Source: a virus | Lineage: Duplodnaviria; Caudoviricetes | Direction: 5' to 3' (one strand) | IMG/VR virus record: IMGVR_UViG_3300021471_000001 | Coordinates: 609-64,608 of that record | Length of the DNA: 64,000 nucleotides | Part shown: positions 31,077 to 40,694 of the stretch, one piece after another | How the letters are laid out: each line of letters opens with the position of its first letter | How positions within the stretch are numbered: position 1 is the first letter of the stretch | The notes under the pieces: generated by a model | Told to the model about the DNA's origin: nothing | Database searches by the model: none | The model's input: the letters and a program-made list of their open reading frames with translations, nothing else | Translations under genes and position numbers: made by a program

Positions 31077-31817
31077 TTAAGCAGTTATGCTTTCTAAAAG
31101 CTTAATGTCATCTTTGATTCTATCTATTTCTTTATCTATTTGTTCTATGTTCAGATTATCAATCCTAGTAAAGTTAACCATCACATTGTTTATTGTTTCC
31201 ACTTTATCGTCTATATATAAAGCTTTTTCCATTTGTTGTACTTCTTTTGACGTCTTAATTGCTTTCATGAGCTTGCTTTCATATGCTTTTATATAAACTC
31301 TATCACGCAAAGCTAAACGCTTAGAAAGTTCAAAACCATCTGCTTTTGCTTTCCTTTTTACTTCTCGTAAAACTCTTTTTAACTCATTTCTACAAGCCGA
31401 TACATACATATTATGATACTTAACATGTATATCTATAACCTCTTTTATCAATGCTTTTTGATCAATTCCTTGAATAGCGTTGTAATTCTGCATTTGCTTA
31501 TTTGGTGCTAGTGTTTTTTGCTGTTCCTTTTTGTCTTTTTCTTGTTGTACCTTTTTTTGTTCCCTTTTTTGTACTTGTACTCCTTTTTGTACCTCTTTTT
31601 GTCTGTCGTACTTTTTCCCTTTTTCTCTGTAAAACTTTCTAAGCTTTTTCCACGTTACGCTCTCACCCGTATACCAGTTTCTTTTTGAAATTCTTTTTAC
31701 GATTGTTTCCAGCTTAATGTTAAACTTTTCCGATATCTGTTTATATGTCATTGTATAATCAGACATAAATGTATCTTGCATTTTTCTTTTTAGTTCTACT
31801 GGTATATTTGTTCTCAT
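31077..31817 (-). CDS. Probable terminase small subunit
   Basis: N-terminal HTH (TYKQISEKFNIKLETIVKR), directly upstream of terL. Confidence 0.55.
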   Translation of the reverse strand: MRTNIPVELKRKMQDTFMSDYTMTYKQISEKFNIKLETIVKRISKRNWYTGESVTWKKLRKFYREKGKKYDRQKEVQKGVQVQKREQKKVQQEKDKKEQQKTLAPNKQMQNYNAIQGIDQKALIKEVIDIHVKYHNMYVSACRNELKRVLREVKRKAKADGFELSKRLALRDRVYIKAYESKLMKAIKTSKEVQQMEKALYIDDKVETINNVMVNFTRIDNLNIEQIDKEIDRIKDDIKLLESITA

Positions 31818-31827
31818 TTGTTTTATC

Positions 31828-32163
31828 CTATTTTGTTAGTTCCTCTAGCTGATCACCTGGAACCTTTAATACACTTGTCGCAGAACCTTTTCCGTGATAG
31901 ATATATGTAAAATCATAATTGCTTTCGTATCTAGCGTACAATATCATAGTCTTGTTTGAATAGTACTTATCGTCTTTCATAGATACTAAGTCAGCATTGA
32001 GTGAGCCTATGTCTTTAGCATGATCGTCTTCTATTTCTACCGTTGAGATTGTATTATCAATAATCGAAACTGCAATTGTTTTATCATTATCACTGTCATA
32101 ATAACAATACATTACCTTGTCTGGGTCTATTGCTAATGTAGAAGCTACTTTTGTTAAAGCCAT
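31828..32163 (-). CDS. Hypothetical protein
   Basis: 111 aa, AGGAG RBS. Confidence 0.65.
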   Translation of the reverse strand: MALTKVASTLAIDPDKVMYCYYDSDNDKTIAVSIIDNTISTVEIEDDHAKDIGSLNADLVSMKDDKYYSNKTMILYARYESNYDFTYIYHGKGSATSVLKVPGDQLEELTK

Positions 32164-32184
32164 TTTTATAACTCCTTGATAAAT

Positions 32185-32559
32185 TTATAATAAAGCCATA
32201 TACTCTTCTCTTACTTTGTTATCTTTTATTTCTCTTTTGTATTTATTTATTTCCTCTATGTCATAGCCCAGTTTTAATATTTTATCTTTTGTAATTTCTT
32301 TCTTGTGTATCTTTATAGCTAGGAACCTTTGTATTTTCTCATTCTTTGTCATTTTGTACAGTTTTGTGTCATCTTTATACCTTTGGTGCACTCCATACAG
32401 ATGGTTGTTATGTGTTAAAGCTATCCAGTTCCACTTTTCGTCCTTTCCTTTTCCACGCCCTGCGATATGGTGAATGTGATCTGCACTTTTTAGTCTCCCA
32501 CAAAAGTAAAACTCATATTCGTCGAACTCATTTTCTATTATGTATTTTTGTTTGCTCAT
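32185..32559 (-). CDS. HNH-like protein
   Basis: DHIHHIAGRG...WNWIALTHNNH...H pattern; Zn-binding cysteines partly lost. Confidence 0.55.
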   Translation of the reverse strand: MSKQKYIIENEFDEYEFYFCGRLKSADHIHHIAGRGKGKDEKWNWIALTHNNHLYGVHQRYKDDTKLYKMTKNEKIQRFLAIKIHKKEITKDKILKLGYDIEEINKYKREIKDNKVREEYMALL

Positions 32560-32597
32560 ACTCTTATATTAACACCTCAAAACAGTAAAACATATAT

Positions 32598-33008
32598 TTA
32601 TATTTTATGAACTTTTCTCAGACTTGCAAAAAACTTAATGCATTTCAAACCAAGCTCTTTTATAATAATCTTTACAAGTAATCTTAAAATCTTTTTATCT
32701 CTTTTAGTCAACTTTACAAACAAGTCACCCTCATAAAACAGCTTAATTCTTATCTTTTTCTTACCGTCAAGTTTATAAACATAATATTTTACAAGACTTA
32801 AACCTTTTTTAATTTCATAATAGCCTTCAATAGCTAAAGAAACTTCATAATGTAAATCTTTTTCATCTTTAAATTTAACTTCCACGTGCTCTGGTATACG
32901 ATTTCCAGATTCATCATACATATAAAAATTTTCGCCATTCTTTAAGTACTTTATACTAAAAATATTAAAATCCTCAATTTTTACCATAGCTTTACTCCAA
33001 AAATGCAT
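32598..33008 (-). CDS. Hypothetical protein
   Basis: Co-oriented ORF; start codon uncertain. Confidence 0.5.
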   Translation of the reverse strand: MHFWSKAMVKIEDFNIFSIKYLKNGENFYMYDESGNRIPEHVEVKFKDEKDLHYEVSLAIEGYYEIKKGLSLVKYYVYKLDGKKKIRIKLFYEGDLFVKLTKRDKKILRLLVKIIIKELGLKCIKFFASLRKVHKI

Positions 33009-33035
33009 ATATTTTATGAATAGCTCTTTCTATAC

Positions 33036-34373
33036 TTACTCTTTTAAAAATTCTTTTATATCGCCAACAAAAGCTTTTATTATGTCTTCTCTGCTCATCT
33101 TGTAGGTGCTTGCCAAATCACTAATCTTATAATATTCGCTCTCAAATGGGTCTCCACCAACCAAAGATGCCATTTGCTCTTTTTCTGGTGGGATTTTCCC
33201 TTTATTTTTCTTGTATTTTTCAAGCTCAAACTTCAATGCCTCCATTTCTCTTTTTTCTGTTTGCCCAATTGCAGTACTAAAAGCACTTTTACTTTTCTTT
33301 GCAAAGTCTTCTTTTAATTTCTTATAGTTTTTTAACATTGTTTCTATTTCTAAAGCCTCTTTAGGCGTTATAATTTTCTTTTCTTTTTCCACTTTTTCCT
33401 CTTCTACCTTTTTCTTTGGCTTTTCCTCTTTTTTTATTTCTTCTTGTTTGCTTTTTGGAAGTGGCTTTAGATACTTACTACAATTCGGATGATACGGTGG
33501 ATATTTAGTTAAACGTTTATATTTCTTTGATTTCCCTGTTATACTGTATATTGCAGGTGGCTTGCTAAATGGGTCACATAGTGGATTGTCTGTTATACCA
33601 CCACCGACTTGTATAAGGTCAAAGCCAGAATCAAGCGTTGCCGATACTACGGCTTTACTATCGTTTAATGTTGACATGTCCTTTACCCAAGCGTCTGTAT
33701 AGTGCGTTAAATCCATATGCGTTGTTACCAATTTTTCTTTTCCAGTCTTCTTGTCGACAACTCGTCTAGGTATAGGGACTTTTCCAGTTGGATATACTTC
33801 TTCTAACGTCTTTGTAACTTCTTTTGATGCTTGATTATATGTCTGCTTACCTTCTCTCATCTTTTTTATTTCTTTTTTTATTTCTCTTGTAGTTTTAAGA
33901 TACGTCTTTCTTATTGCGTTTTTCTCGCTTTCAGTCCAAAACTTGCCAACTTGAAAAAGTACAACTCTTGGTGAAAAGGCAGTTCCAAGATTCGTCGCCT
34001 TTATATATTTATCAAAGTACTCTACTTTCTGCTCTAAAGACTGTTCTGAAAGCTTTGAAGCTTCTAATATACTGTCAGTCATGTCTTCCTTAAGTCCCAT
34101 AATCGCTTCTTTGTCATCATTACTGATTCTACGAATTTCTATGCTTGGATTAAGTTTTTCAGCTATATTATTGTACTTCTTCATATATTCCTTTTCCACT
34201 TCTTTGTCTTTTCTAGACCATAAATTAATTTGTTTTATTAAGTCATTTAAATACAGCCGTGCTTTTTGAATTATTTCGTTCTTTTTTCCCTTTTCTATCT
34301 TGTCAAACATGGTTTTTGTAAGCTTATTCATAAAGTAGTCATATCTTTCCACTGCTTCATCTGGCGTTTTCAT
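33036..34373 (-). CDS. Minor capsid/head morphogenesis protein (SPP1 gp7-like)
   Basis: DLIQV...LCDPF...IYSITG...PPYHPNC motif. Confidence 0.7.
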   Translation of the reverse strand: MKTPDEAVERYDYFMNKLTKTMFDKIEKGKKNEIIQKARLYLNDLIKQINLWSRKDKEVEKEYMKKYNNIAEKLNPSIEIRRISNDDKEAIMGLKEDMTDSILEASKLSEQSLEQKVEYFDKYIKATNLGTAFSPRVVLFQVGKFWTESEKNAIRKTYLKTTREIKKEIKKMREGKQTYNQASKEVTKTLEEVYPTGKVPIPRRVVDKKTGKEKLVTTHMDLTHYTDAWVKDMSTLNDSKAVVSATLDSGFDLIQVGGGITDNPLCDPFSKPPAIYSITGKSKKYKRLTKYPPYHPNCSKYLKPLPKSKQEEIKKEEKPKKKVEEEKVEKEKKIITPKEALEIETMLKNYKKLKEDFAKKSKSAFSTAIGQTEKREMEALKFELEKYKKNKGKIPPEKEQMASLVGGDPFESEYYKISDLASTYKMSREDIIKAFVGDIKEFLKE

Positions 34374-34376
34374 TGG

Positions 34377-34574
34377 TCAAAGCTCCTCTAATCCCATGAC
34401 TATAACCAACAACAAAAAAAACATCAAGCTTACGATCAAACCCCAAAAAAAAGCTTCGAAAACGTTATATCCTAAAGCACCTGCTATTCCTTGAGGAACT
34501 GTTCCTGAAATTCCTATACATACAGCTATAACTCTTTTGATAACACTTGCATGCTTTCTTAAAAAACTAAACAT
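34377..34574 (-). CDS. Small two-helix membrane protein
   Basis: Two hydrophobic segments in 65 aa. Confidence 0.55.
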   Translation of the reverse strand: MFSFLRKHASVIKRVIAVCIGISGTVPQGIAGALGYNVFEAFFWGLIVSLMFFLLLVIVMGLEEL

Positions 34575-34609
34575 TCCTCATACCTTAATTTAACAATAGA
34601 TTATTGCTT

Positions 34610-35200
34610 TTATTCTTTGACAAGCTTTTCTTGTAACAATTCCATTTTTTCTATCATTTCAGACATCTTTTCATCAACCTTTGTTTTCTCAAATGCTTTT
34701 CTTACGAAGTCTGTCTTGATTTTAACAAGATCGCCTCTTTCTTTTAGCTTTCTGTAAGCTACTTCATACTCATATTGGTGCTTACTTGTACGCATAAGTC
34801 TTTCTATGTATTGCTTTGTCTTTTCTTTTTTCTTTCCAGTCTCTTTTTCGTACCTTTTTCTTAATCTTGAAAGCTTATCTCTAAGTGTCAGCTTAAGTTC
34901 CTTCAATATCCTATGCCGTGAAATACTACCTTTAACGTCATGACTGTATTCGGGTAAATGCCTTAACACTTCTAAAGCTTGTTTTGCTGCGTATGGCGAC
35001 TTAATTACTATTGTAGAACGTATAACATCGCCTTTTTCAACCACATTCGCTGGATTAATACTTCTCATCAAAGACTTTGTATCCTTTGGCACTTCCTCAC
35101 GCAGATGTACATAAAACTCATAGTTAATCTGCTTTACCACAGGCATAAATGCTCGTTTTAGTTCTTTACCGTGTATGAATCTTAGTTGTCTTATTGCCAT
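34610..35200 (-). CDS. HK97 gp10-like neck/morphogenesis protein
   Basis: VPKDTKSLMRSI...SPYAAKQ resembles the P-x-DTG-x-L-x-x-SI...YA motif. Confidence 0.5.
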   Translation of the reverse strand: MAIRQLRFIHGKELKRAFMPVVKQINYEFYVHLREEVPKDTKSLMRSINPANVVEKGDVIRSTIVIKSPYAAKQALEVLRHLPEYSHDVKGSISRHRILKELKLTLRDKLSRLRKRYEKETGKKKEKTKQYIERLMRTSKHQYEYEVAYRKLKERGDLVKIKTDFVRKAFEKTKVDEKMSEMIEKMELLQEKLVKE

Positions 35201-35424
35201 CAGTTAAACCCTACCCATATAAAATCAAAATCAGCGTCTATTTCTATCCTATCAACGTCTACTAATGCCTTTATATACATTTCCTGATCAATGTTTCGAT
35301 ATTTCTTTTTACTGAACTTGCTTTTGATTTTGCTTTTACGAATTATACTTCTAAACGCCATTTGTGTCATACCACCTATAAAAACTTTAATCTCATAGGT
35401 TTCTTTCTTACGCTTTTTTTTCAT
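35200..35424 (-). CDS. Hypothetical protein
   Basis: TGATG coupling to the next gene. Confidence 0.55.
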   Translation of the reverse strand: MKKKRKKETYEIKVFIGGMTQMAFRSIIRKSKIKSKFSKKKYRNIDQEMYIKALVDVDRIEIDADFDFIWVGFN

Positions 35425-35435
35425 TAAATTAAGTC

Positions 35436-35930
35436 CTAATTACTAAACTTATGTCCACATTTTGGACATATTATGGTGTTTTCTTTGCTATCAAATGCAA
35501 AATTGTCCTCTTTTGTATTTATTATTTCGTCTAATTCGTTGTCTGAAAAAGGTAACTCTTCACGTATATCAACTTCATATTCTTTCTCAAGTTCAACTAA
35601 CAAGTCCTTTAACACATCATTGTCAGCATAACCCTTTGTCTCATTAAGTCTTATGCTTAAGCGTTTTGCCTCTTTGTCACTTAGAGTCCCAAGATTGTTT
35701 ATACTTATTTCCTTCATACCAAGTTCTATACAAGCCTTCCATCTATGCTCTCCGTCTATTATCTCATAGAAACCGTCTTTCTCTCTTACAACTATTGGTA
35801 CAACAAATCCATCTTCACTTATGCTTTGTTTTTCCTTCTCAAACATAAAGCTATTTTGTATGTTATAATTCCAATCATTCGGCTTTACTTTATCAATGCT
35901 TATTTTCTGTTCATTAACCTTTATTTTCAT
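35436..35930 (-). CDS. ParB-like N-terminal domain protein with C-terminal Zn ribbon
   Basis: KPNDWNYN, GFVVPIVVR, EIIDGEHRWKA, CPKCG. Confidence 0.85.
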   Translation of the reverse strand: MKIKVNEQKISIDKVKPNDWNYNIQNSFMFEKEKQSISEDGFVVPIVVREKDGFYEIIDGEHRWKACIELGMKEISINNLGTLSDKEAKRLSIRLNETKGYADNDVLKDLLVELEKEYEVDIREELPFSDNELDEIINTKEDNFAFDSKENTIICPKCGHKFSN

Positions 35931-35966
35931 ATTTCTACTCTTTTAAACATCTCGTTTATCTATATA

Positions 35967-35995
35967 AATATAACATATTTCAACAAAAAAGTCAA
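35967..35995 (-). promoter_or_regulatory. sigma70-type promoter
   Basis: TTGACT-17 bp-TATATT with TG extension upstream of the ParB-like gene; similar TTGACT sites near 26105 and 50959. Confidence 0.65.
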
Positions 35996-36240
35996 GTTTT
36001 TTCTGAAATATTTTCTTCTACCGAGCTAAATTGGGACATAAAATCTGCACAAATCAACTCTAAGCACCTCTCATCGCTTTCCTTCGGATTGTCTGTTAAC
36101 TTCCTCACCACTTTGATAGCACTAAGTATTATATTAAACTTATCTACTTCTATGAACCAATGTGGGTTTACCCAACACTTGTCCTTCCACATCTTATACT
36201 CATAACGCATTCTTACAGGTTTGCCGTTCTTTATCCTCAT
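35992..36240 (-). CDS. Hypothetical protein
   Basis: 82 aa; C-terminal RCLELICADFM helix. Confidence 0.5.
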   Translation of the reverse strand: MRIKNGKPVRMRYEYKMWKDKCWVNPHWFIEVDKFNIILSAIKVVRKLTDNPKESDERCLELICADFMSQFSSVEENISEKT

Positions 36241-36268
36241 CCTACACTCATTTTATGAGATATTAAAC

Positions 36269-36303
36269 AAAAAAAAAGACTTCCTATGTACCTATAGAAA
36301 GCC
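36269..36303 (-). terminator. Rho-independent terminator
   Basis: Minus strand GGCTTTCTAT-aggtac-ATAGGAAGTC followed by T9; G-U pairs valid on the minus strand. Confidence 0.75.
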
Positions 36304-36439
36304 TTTCCGGGTTGCCTTATGGAAAAATCTGTTACTCCATACACTAAACTCAAGCTTAAACTTTGAAGATGGGCATTTAGGAGGATTTTCTGACCACTTA
36401 ACATTTAAAAACTCTTTGTCAAAAAGCTATTAAGAAATA

Positions 36440-36733
36440 GTCCCTTCTAAAACGAAGGATCAAATAGATAAAGAATAATAATAACTAAATGGGAAAAACT
36501 GCGTATAAGAGTACACAGTTTTCCCATAATATTCCCTATTCTTTTAAAAAAACGAAAATACTGCCCCTTTGTAGCGTCAAAGAGGCAAGGTAAAGTGTCA
36601 AAATATGTTAATAAATAATTATATACAATTCCGAAAAACAGCTTGCCCCTTTAATCTTTCCTAAAGAGGCAAGTAGACTGTTGAGAATATCCAAACATCA
36701 AGTAAACCCTTCTTTCGACATCAAGAAGGGCTT
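36440..36733 (-). ncRNA. Candidate structured non-coding RNA: five tandem hairpins
   Basis: Hairpins at 36440-36460, 36489-36527, 36561-36589, 36642-36673 and 36704-36733; two share TGCCTCTTT...AAAGGGGCA stems. Confidence 0.4.
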
Positions 36734-36795
36734 AAATATAAATAATTCTTCCAATACCTATACCTAAAACACTCAAAAACCCAAATGTTCCATTT

Positions 36796-36987
36796 TTATT
36801 TTGCCACGTAGTAAGGACAATTCAGTATCACTACACTGCTATCTTGTTTACAGTCCTTTCTACAAGTCTTACAATGTGCGTTAACCTCCCTTTGAGTCTG
36901 TCTATCATCAACTTTTTTTTCTGTTTTTTCATACTTTTTTTTCATCTTTTTCACCTTTTTTTTCTCACATAAATCAAAAAAAATCAC
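36796..36987 (-). CDS. Small Cys-rich hypothetical protein
   Basis: CKTCRKDCKQ...CPYY; true start probably internal. Confidence 0.55.
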   Translation of the reverse strand: MIFFDLCEKKKVKKMKKKYEKTEKKVDDRQTQREVNAHCKTCRKDCKQDSSVVILNCPYYVAK

Positions 36988-37043
36988 GTAATAAACTCCA
37001 AAATGAACACAAAATAAAGACTTTACATTTTTTTGGGACTTTT

Positions 37044-37730
37044 TTACACCTTTGTATTTTTTTTCACCTCGTTATACGAATATTCTAAAGATTTCTCATA
37101 ATTTACTATTATACCTCTTCTTACACGTTTAAGGCGTTTTATAAAACCTTTCCTTTCTAATGCTTTAAGTATAAAGTGTGCCTGACTATCCCTCTTGAAG
37201 CCGAAATTCTCTTTTATCTCCATCAAAAGTGGAGCCTCACCGTATCTTTTCAAATATCCAACTATATAATCATAAACTCTTAGCTGATTTTTAGTCAATA
37301 CTTTTCTCATTTTACCTTCTCGAAGCACAGAATAATATTTACAACGTACCGATCTAACCGTTCTACCAAGCATTAAAGACACACCCACAATTCCATCTTT
37401 AGGAATGTGTTCTAGCATATAACTAATCTCACTTTCACCCCACTTTTTATTCTTTTTCCTTTTCCTTTTCTCAGCAATCGTTTTAATAATACTATGCTTT
37501 GCTTTTATCAAGTACTTCTTATGTTTTCCATTTGCTATCTCCCAAGCTAACCTCTTACAGGCCTCTTCAACATATATTTTGTCCTTTAATAGCTTTCTAT
37601 AGCGCCTTACATCTGACCAATCTAAAATTTTTCTTCTTTTCAAAATCACCTCCAAAAAATCTAGGTATGCCATTATTCTAATTTCGCTGAGAAATGCGAA
37701 ATTGTACACAAGATTTAATTTTATTTTCAT
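37044..37730 (-). CDS. Transcription regulator with C-terminal LexA-type winged HTH (no peptidase domain)
   Basis: LTKNQLRVYDYI...GEAPLLMEIKENFGF...LKALERKGFIKR. Confidence 0.7.
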   Translation of the reverse strand: MKIKLNLVYNFAFLSEIRIMAYLDFLEVILKRRKILDWSDVRRYRKLLKDKIYVEEACKRLAWEIANGKHKKYLIKAKHSIIKTIAEKRKRKKNKKWGESEISYMLEHIPKDGIVGVSLMLGRTVRSVRCKYYSVLREGKMRKVLTKNQLRVYDYIVGYLKRYGEAPLLMEIKENFGFKRDSQAHFILKALERKGFIKRLKRVRRGIIVNYEKSLEYSYNEVKKNTKV

Positions 37731-37925
37731 TTAGGTATATATAATCGTTTTTTCAAAAAAGCCTTCATTTTGTGCCGTTTTTCGAAATATTCTCAACTTT
37801 TCCTTTTTAACAGCGACTTTTGAAACAAATACAGCAAAAACGTTATCAAAAGCCAAAATAAAATGTATTCAATTTCTAAACACCTTATCATAAGCTTAAC
37901 TCCAAGTTTTAATTTACAAATTTAT

Positions 37926-38702
37926 TTATGACATAGTATTACATATACCTACACACTCAAACAATGGATACTCATCCTTATAGTAAAAGCCGCTCAACTC
38001 TCCTTTTTCAATCTTAATCCTAAAATCTTCTAAAGTTATATCTTTAAGAAAGTGTACATCCTTAGAAAACTTTTTCCTAAATCGCCTTTCTACTCTTTCT
38101 CTATCTGCATATACATCAGGTAGCTTATCATATAGTCTTTTCCATTGTCTTTTACCTTGCCTAACACAACCACCTGAACAATTGTTATGGCTAAATCCTA
38201 ACTTATATAATATTGGCTCTTCAATCCCAGAATGCTTTATAAAATCATCTATTTCCATAGAATTAATACCATGCTCTATAAGAGGGAATCTTATTCGACA
38301 CATTTTTTTCTTTTTAGCTGCTATTACTTGATATACAGATACAATTCTTTGTGCTCTATGCTCTTCATCTTTACTAATGCCAAAAATTATTGTATCACCA
38401 TTCTTATAAAACTTTTGAAGTCTTTCTGCTTTAAGTATACGAGAGCAAAATGGCATACGATCGCAAGCAAGAGCCTTTTGATCAAAAAAAAGCTGTTCAG
38501 GACTTCTTCCATCTGTATCCTTTGTTACTTCCTTTTTTAAAAACCTACTCAGATCATCTAAAAAACGGTATAGGTCTGGATGTTCCCACTTGGTGTCATT
38601 AAAATATAACACAATATCGTCCTTATCAAAGTTTCTCATTGCCCAATTAGCACACCATGCACTAGCTTTTCCACCACTTAAAGCTACTATAATTCTTCCC
38701 AT
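37926..38702 (-). CDS. PAPS reductase/PP-loop family protein (phage type)
   Basis: VALSGGKAS PP-loop, DTKWEHPDLYRFL, CSRILK, GFSHNNCSGGCV. Confidence 0.8.
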   Translation of the reverse strand: MGRIIVALSGGKASAWCANWAMRNFDKDDIVLYFNDTKWEHPDLYRFLDDLSRFLKKEVTKDTDGRSPEQLFFDQKALACDRMPFCSRILKAERLQKFYKNGDTIIFGISKDEEHRAQRIVSVYQVIAAKKKKMCRIRFPLIEHGINSMEIDDFIKHSGIEEPILYKLGFSHNNCSGGCVRQGKRQWKRLYDKLPDVYADRERVERRFRKKFSKDVHFLKDITLEDFRIKIEKGELSGFYYKDEYPLFECVGICNTMS

Positions 38703-38725
38703 ATAAAAAAACCTTAATACAACAA

Positions 38726-38959
38726 CTAATTTTTGTTAAACATAAATCTGCTTTGATAATCCTGAACTACCTTCCAAGCCTTCATTATACCATCAGCTAT
38801 TTCTGACCGTGCCTTTATCTGGTATTCAAGACTGTCAAGCTTTTTTCTAATTTCGTCTATATCAATATAACCCTTCCCTTTGCATTTATCACAAAGAAAA
38901 GGATAGTCCACAACGCCTATTCCTTTACATTTAGAACAGACAATCAAATTATTTTTCAT
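38726..38959 (-). CDS. Small CxxCxGxG Zn-finger protein
   Basis: CSKCKGIG...CDKCKGKG. Confidence 0.65.
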   Translation of the reverse strand: MKNNLIVCSKCKGIGVVDYPFLCDKCKGKGYIDIDEIRKKLDSLEYQIKARSEIADGIMKAWKVVQDYQSRFMFNKN

Positions 38960-39485
38960 TTTTTTCCTCCCTTCTCTTCAAAATATAGTATCTATTTTTT
39001 ATTGCATCTATGGTTCTGTTAAGCTTTTTTGCTATATAGTCATCGTCAATCTTTCTGTAGTATTTCAATATACAACAATCGTCTTCTCTAGTCCACTTAT
39101 GATAGTGTCCTTTTCCATTCTCATATCCTTCCAATTCAAGTTGACGCTTAGAACTCAAATTCCGATATTTATAATAAACTTCACTATAGCTTCTACCTGT
39201 AATATCGGCTACCTTCAACAGCGTTTCCCTAAGATTGCGCCTATCTACAGTTTTATTTAAAACACATATCTCAAGCTCAGTCCAATTTTTATACCTCTTA
39301 CCATTTTTAGTATCACTTTGAATGATATCACTAAGGTCGTAAGACGGATGTCTATTATTTGCTATTTCCCATGCCAACAATCTAGTGGCTTTTTTTAAGT
39401 AATCCGCATCTCTTAACATCTTTCTGTACATAATTATCTCTTTTTTTGTTAACTTTCTTTCTTTTTCAAAGGCATTTTCATTCAT
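38949..39485 (-). CDS. Myb/HTH-like DNA-binding protein, partial paralogue of 37044-37730
   Basis: Shares RLAWEIAN; WTELE and WTRED repeats; IAKKLNRTIDAIKNR. Confidence 0.6.
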   Translation of the reverse strand: MNENAFEKERKLTKKEIIMYRKMLRDADYLKKATRLLAWEIANNRHPSYDLSDIIQSDTKNGKRYKNWTELEICVLNKTVDRRNLRETLLKVADITGRSYSEVYYKYRNLSSKRQLELEGYENGKGHYHKWTREDDCCILKYYRKIDDDYIAKKLNRTIDAIKNRYYILKRREEKNEK

Positions 39486-39522
39486 TTTAAAGCCCCATTA
39501 TCTTTTGTTGTATTAAATTAAA

Positions 39523-39783
39523 TCAATTAAACATATCTAACTGCTTATTGTATTTAACATTACCATTTACAACTTCATACTTTTGAAAACAGAACAGGCA
39601 AATATATAAGTTATCTTTATTATCGAACTCGTACTTTTCCTGTCGTTCTTGTTTTCCACAATTTGGACACCTTATATTCGTTTCTTCAAAACAAGATGGA
39701 CAAAGATATGAATTAACCTTCTCACAAAAAATAAGCTTTTCAGATGGAATCTTCCTTTCACATTTTGGACACCTTATAATCAT
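39523..39783 (-). CDS. Double Zn-ribbon protein
   Basis: Multiple CxxC pairs. Confidence 0.6.
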   Translation of the reverse strand: MIIRCPKCERKIPSEKLIFCEKVNSYLCPSCFEETNIRCPNCGKQERQEKYEFDNKDNLYICLFCFQKYEVVNGNVKYNKQLDMFN

Positions 39784-40134
39784 TTATACCTCCTTTACAG
39801 TTATCATTAAATAGTTTTCCTTGTCTGGCAAACGCTTTACACTTATATAATCGACCTGACTATCGTCTACAAAGACAATTCCCTTCAAACCATCTATAGA
39901 AGCCTTTATAACATTATCTATATCTCTAAGCTTAACCATAAAAGACACTTCTATATTGATTCTTATGCGCTTACTTGACATCTTGGGTTTTTGTGAAAGG
40001 CATAAATATCCCAAAGCCCTCTTAAAATCCTTTACTGGACGCTTTAAATATATTCTACCATTTCTACTTATACCATAGGACTGATTTACAGACGGTATTA
40101 AACCTGTATACTCTATCTTACATATAGTTTTCAT
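39784..40134 (-). CDS. rusA: RusA-family Holliday junction resolvase
   Basis: PSVN, RDIDNVIKASIDGL, FVDDSQV catalytic aspartates. Confidence 0.88.
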   Translation of the reverse strand: MKTICKIEYTGLIPSVNQSYGISRNGRIYLKRPVKDFKRALGYLCLSQKPKMSSKRIRINIEVSFMVKLRDIDNVIKASIDGLKGIVFVDDSQVDYISVKRLPDKENYLMITVKEV

Positions 40135-40379
40135 AATATCCTCCCATCAAAATAATTTACAAGCTTTTCTGTCATTTCATCTGTCAGTCTCAAATAATGC
40201 CGATTTAACTTCTCCCAAACCCTTCTCAATCTATCTTTTGCCTCACCTTCTTTTAACCTACTGCCCAACTGCCTTACTTTTTCCATCAACCTGTACGTCT
40301 CTTCTTTGTTCCAACCACCATTTATAAATGATACGTACTCTTCATATATAGTTCTAATCTCTTTTAACATCTCGAACAT
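40131..40379 (-). CDS. Hypothetical protein
   Basis: Overlap-coupled with neighbours. Confidence 0.55.
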   Translation of the reverse strand: MFEMLKEIRTIYEEYVSFINGGWNKEETYRLMEKVRQLGSRLKEGEAKDRLRRVWEKLNRHYLRLTDEMTEKLVNYFDGRIL

Positions 40380-40680
40380 CCTTTAAAATTCCTTTCAACA
40401 AAGATAATAATTCTAATAAAGCTTTAGATTGCAATTCCAAAGCCAATTTTTTAATTTTAGGTTCCAACTTGCCATACTCTCTATGTAAAGAGCATCTGAT
40501 ATCATACGACTCATCTAGTACTTTACCCAAAACAAAAAGAAATTTATTTGATGGATTTTCTTTTCCAGATTCTATTCTTGATATATATCCTTTACTAAAA
40601 CCCATGATGGAAGATAGTTTGCCAACACTTAAATTATGTCTTTCTCTTAAAGACGCTACAGAAATAATATTTTTAACCAA
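40354..40680 (-). CDS. XRE-family HTH regulator
   Basis: LRERHNLSVGKLSSIMGFSKGYISRIESGKENPS. Confidence 0.8.
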   Translation of the reverse strand: MVKNIISVASLRERHNLSVGKLSSIMGFSKGYISRIESGKENPSNKFLFVLGKVLDESYDIRCSLHREYGKLEPKIKKLALELQSKALLELLSLLKGILKDVRDVKRD

Positions 40681-40694
40681 ATCTCCACCTCCAT

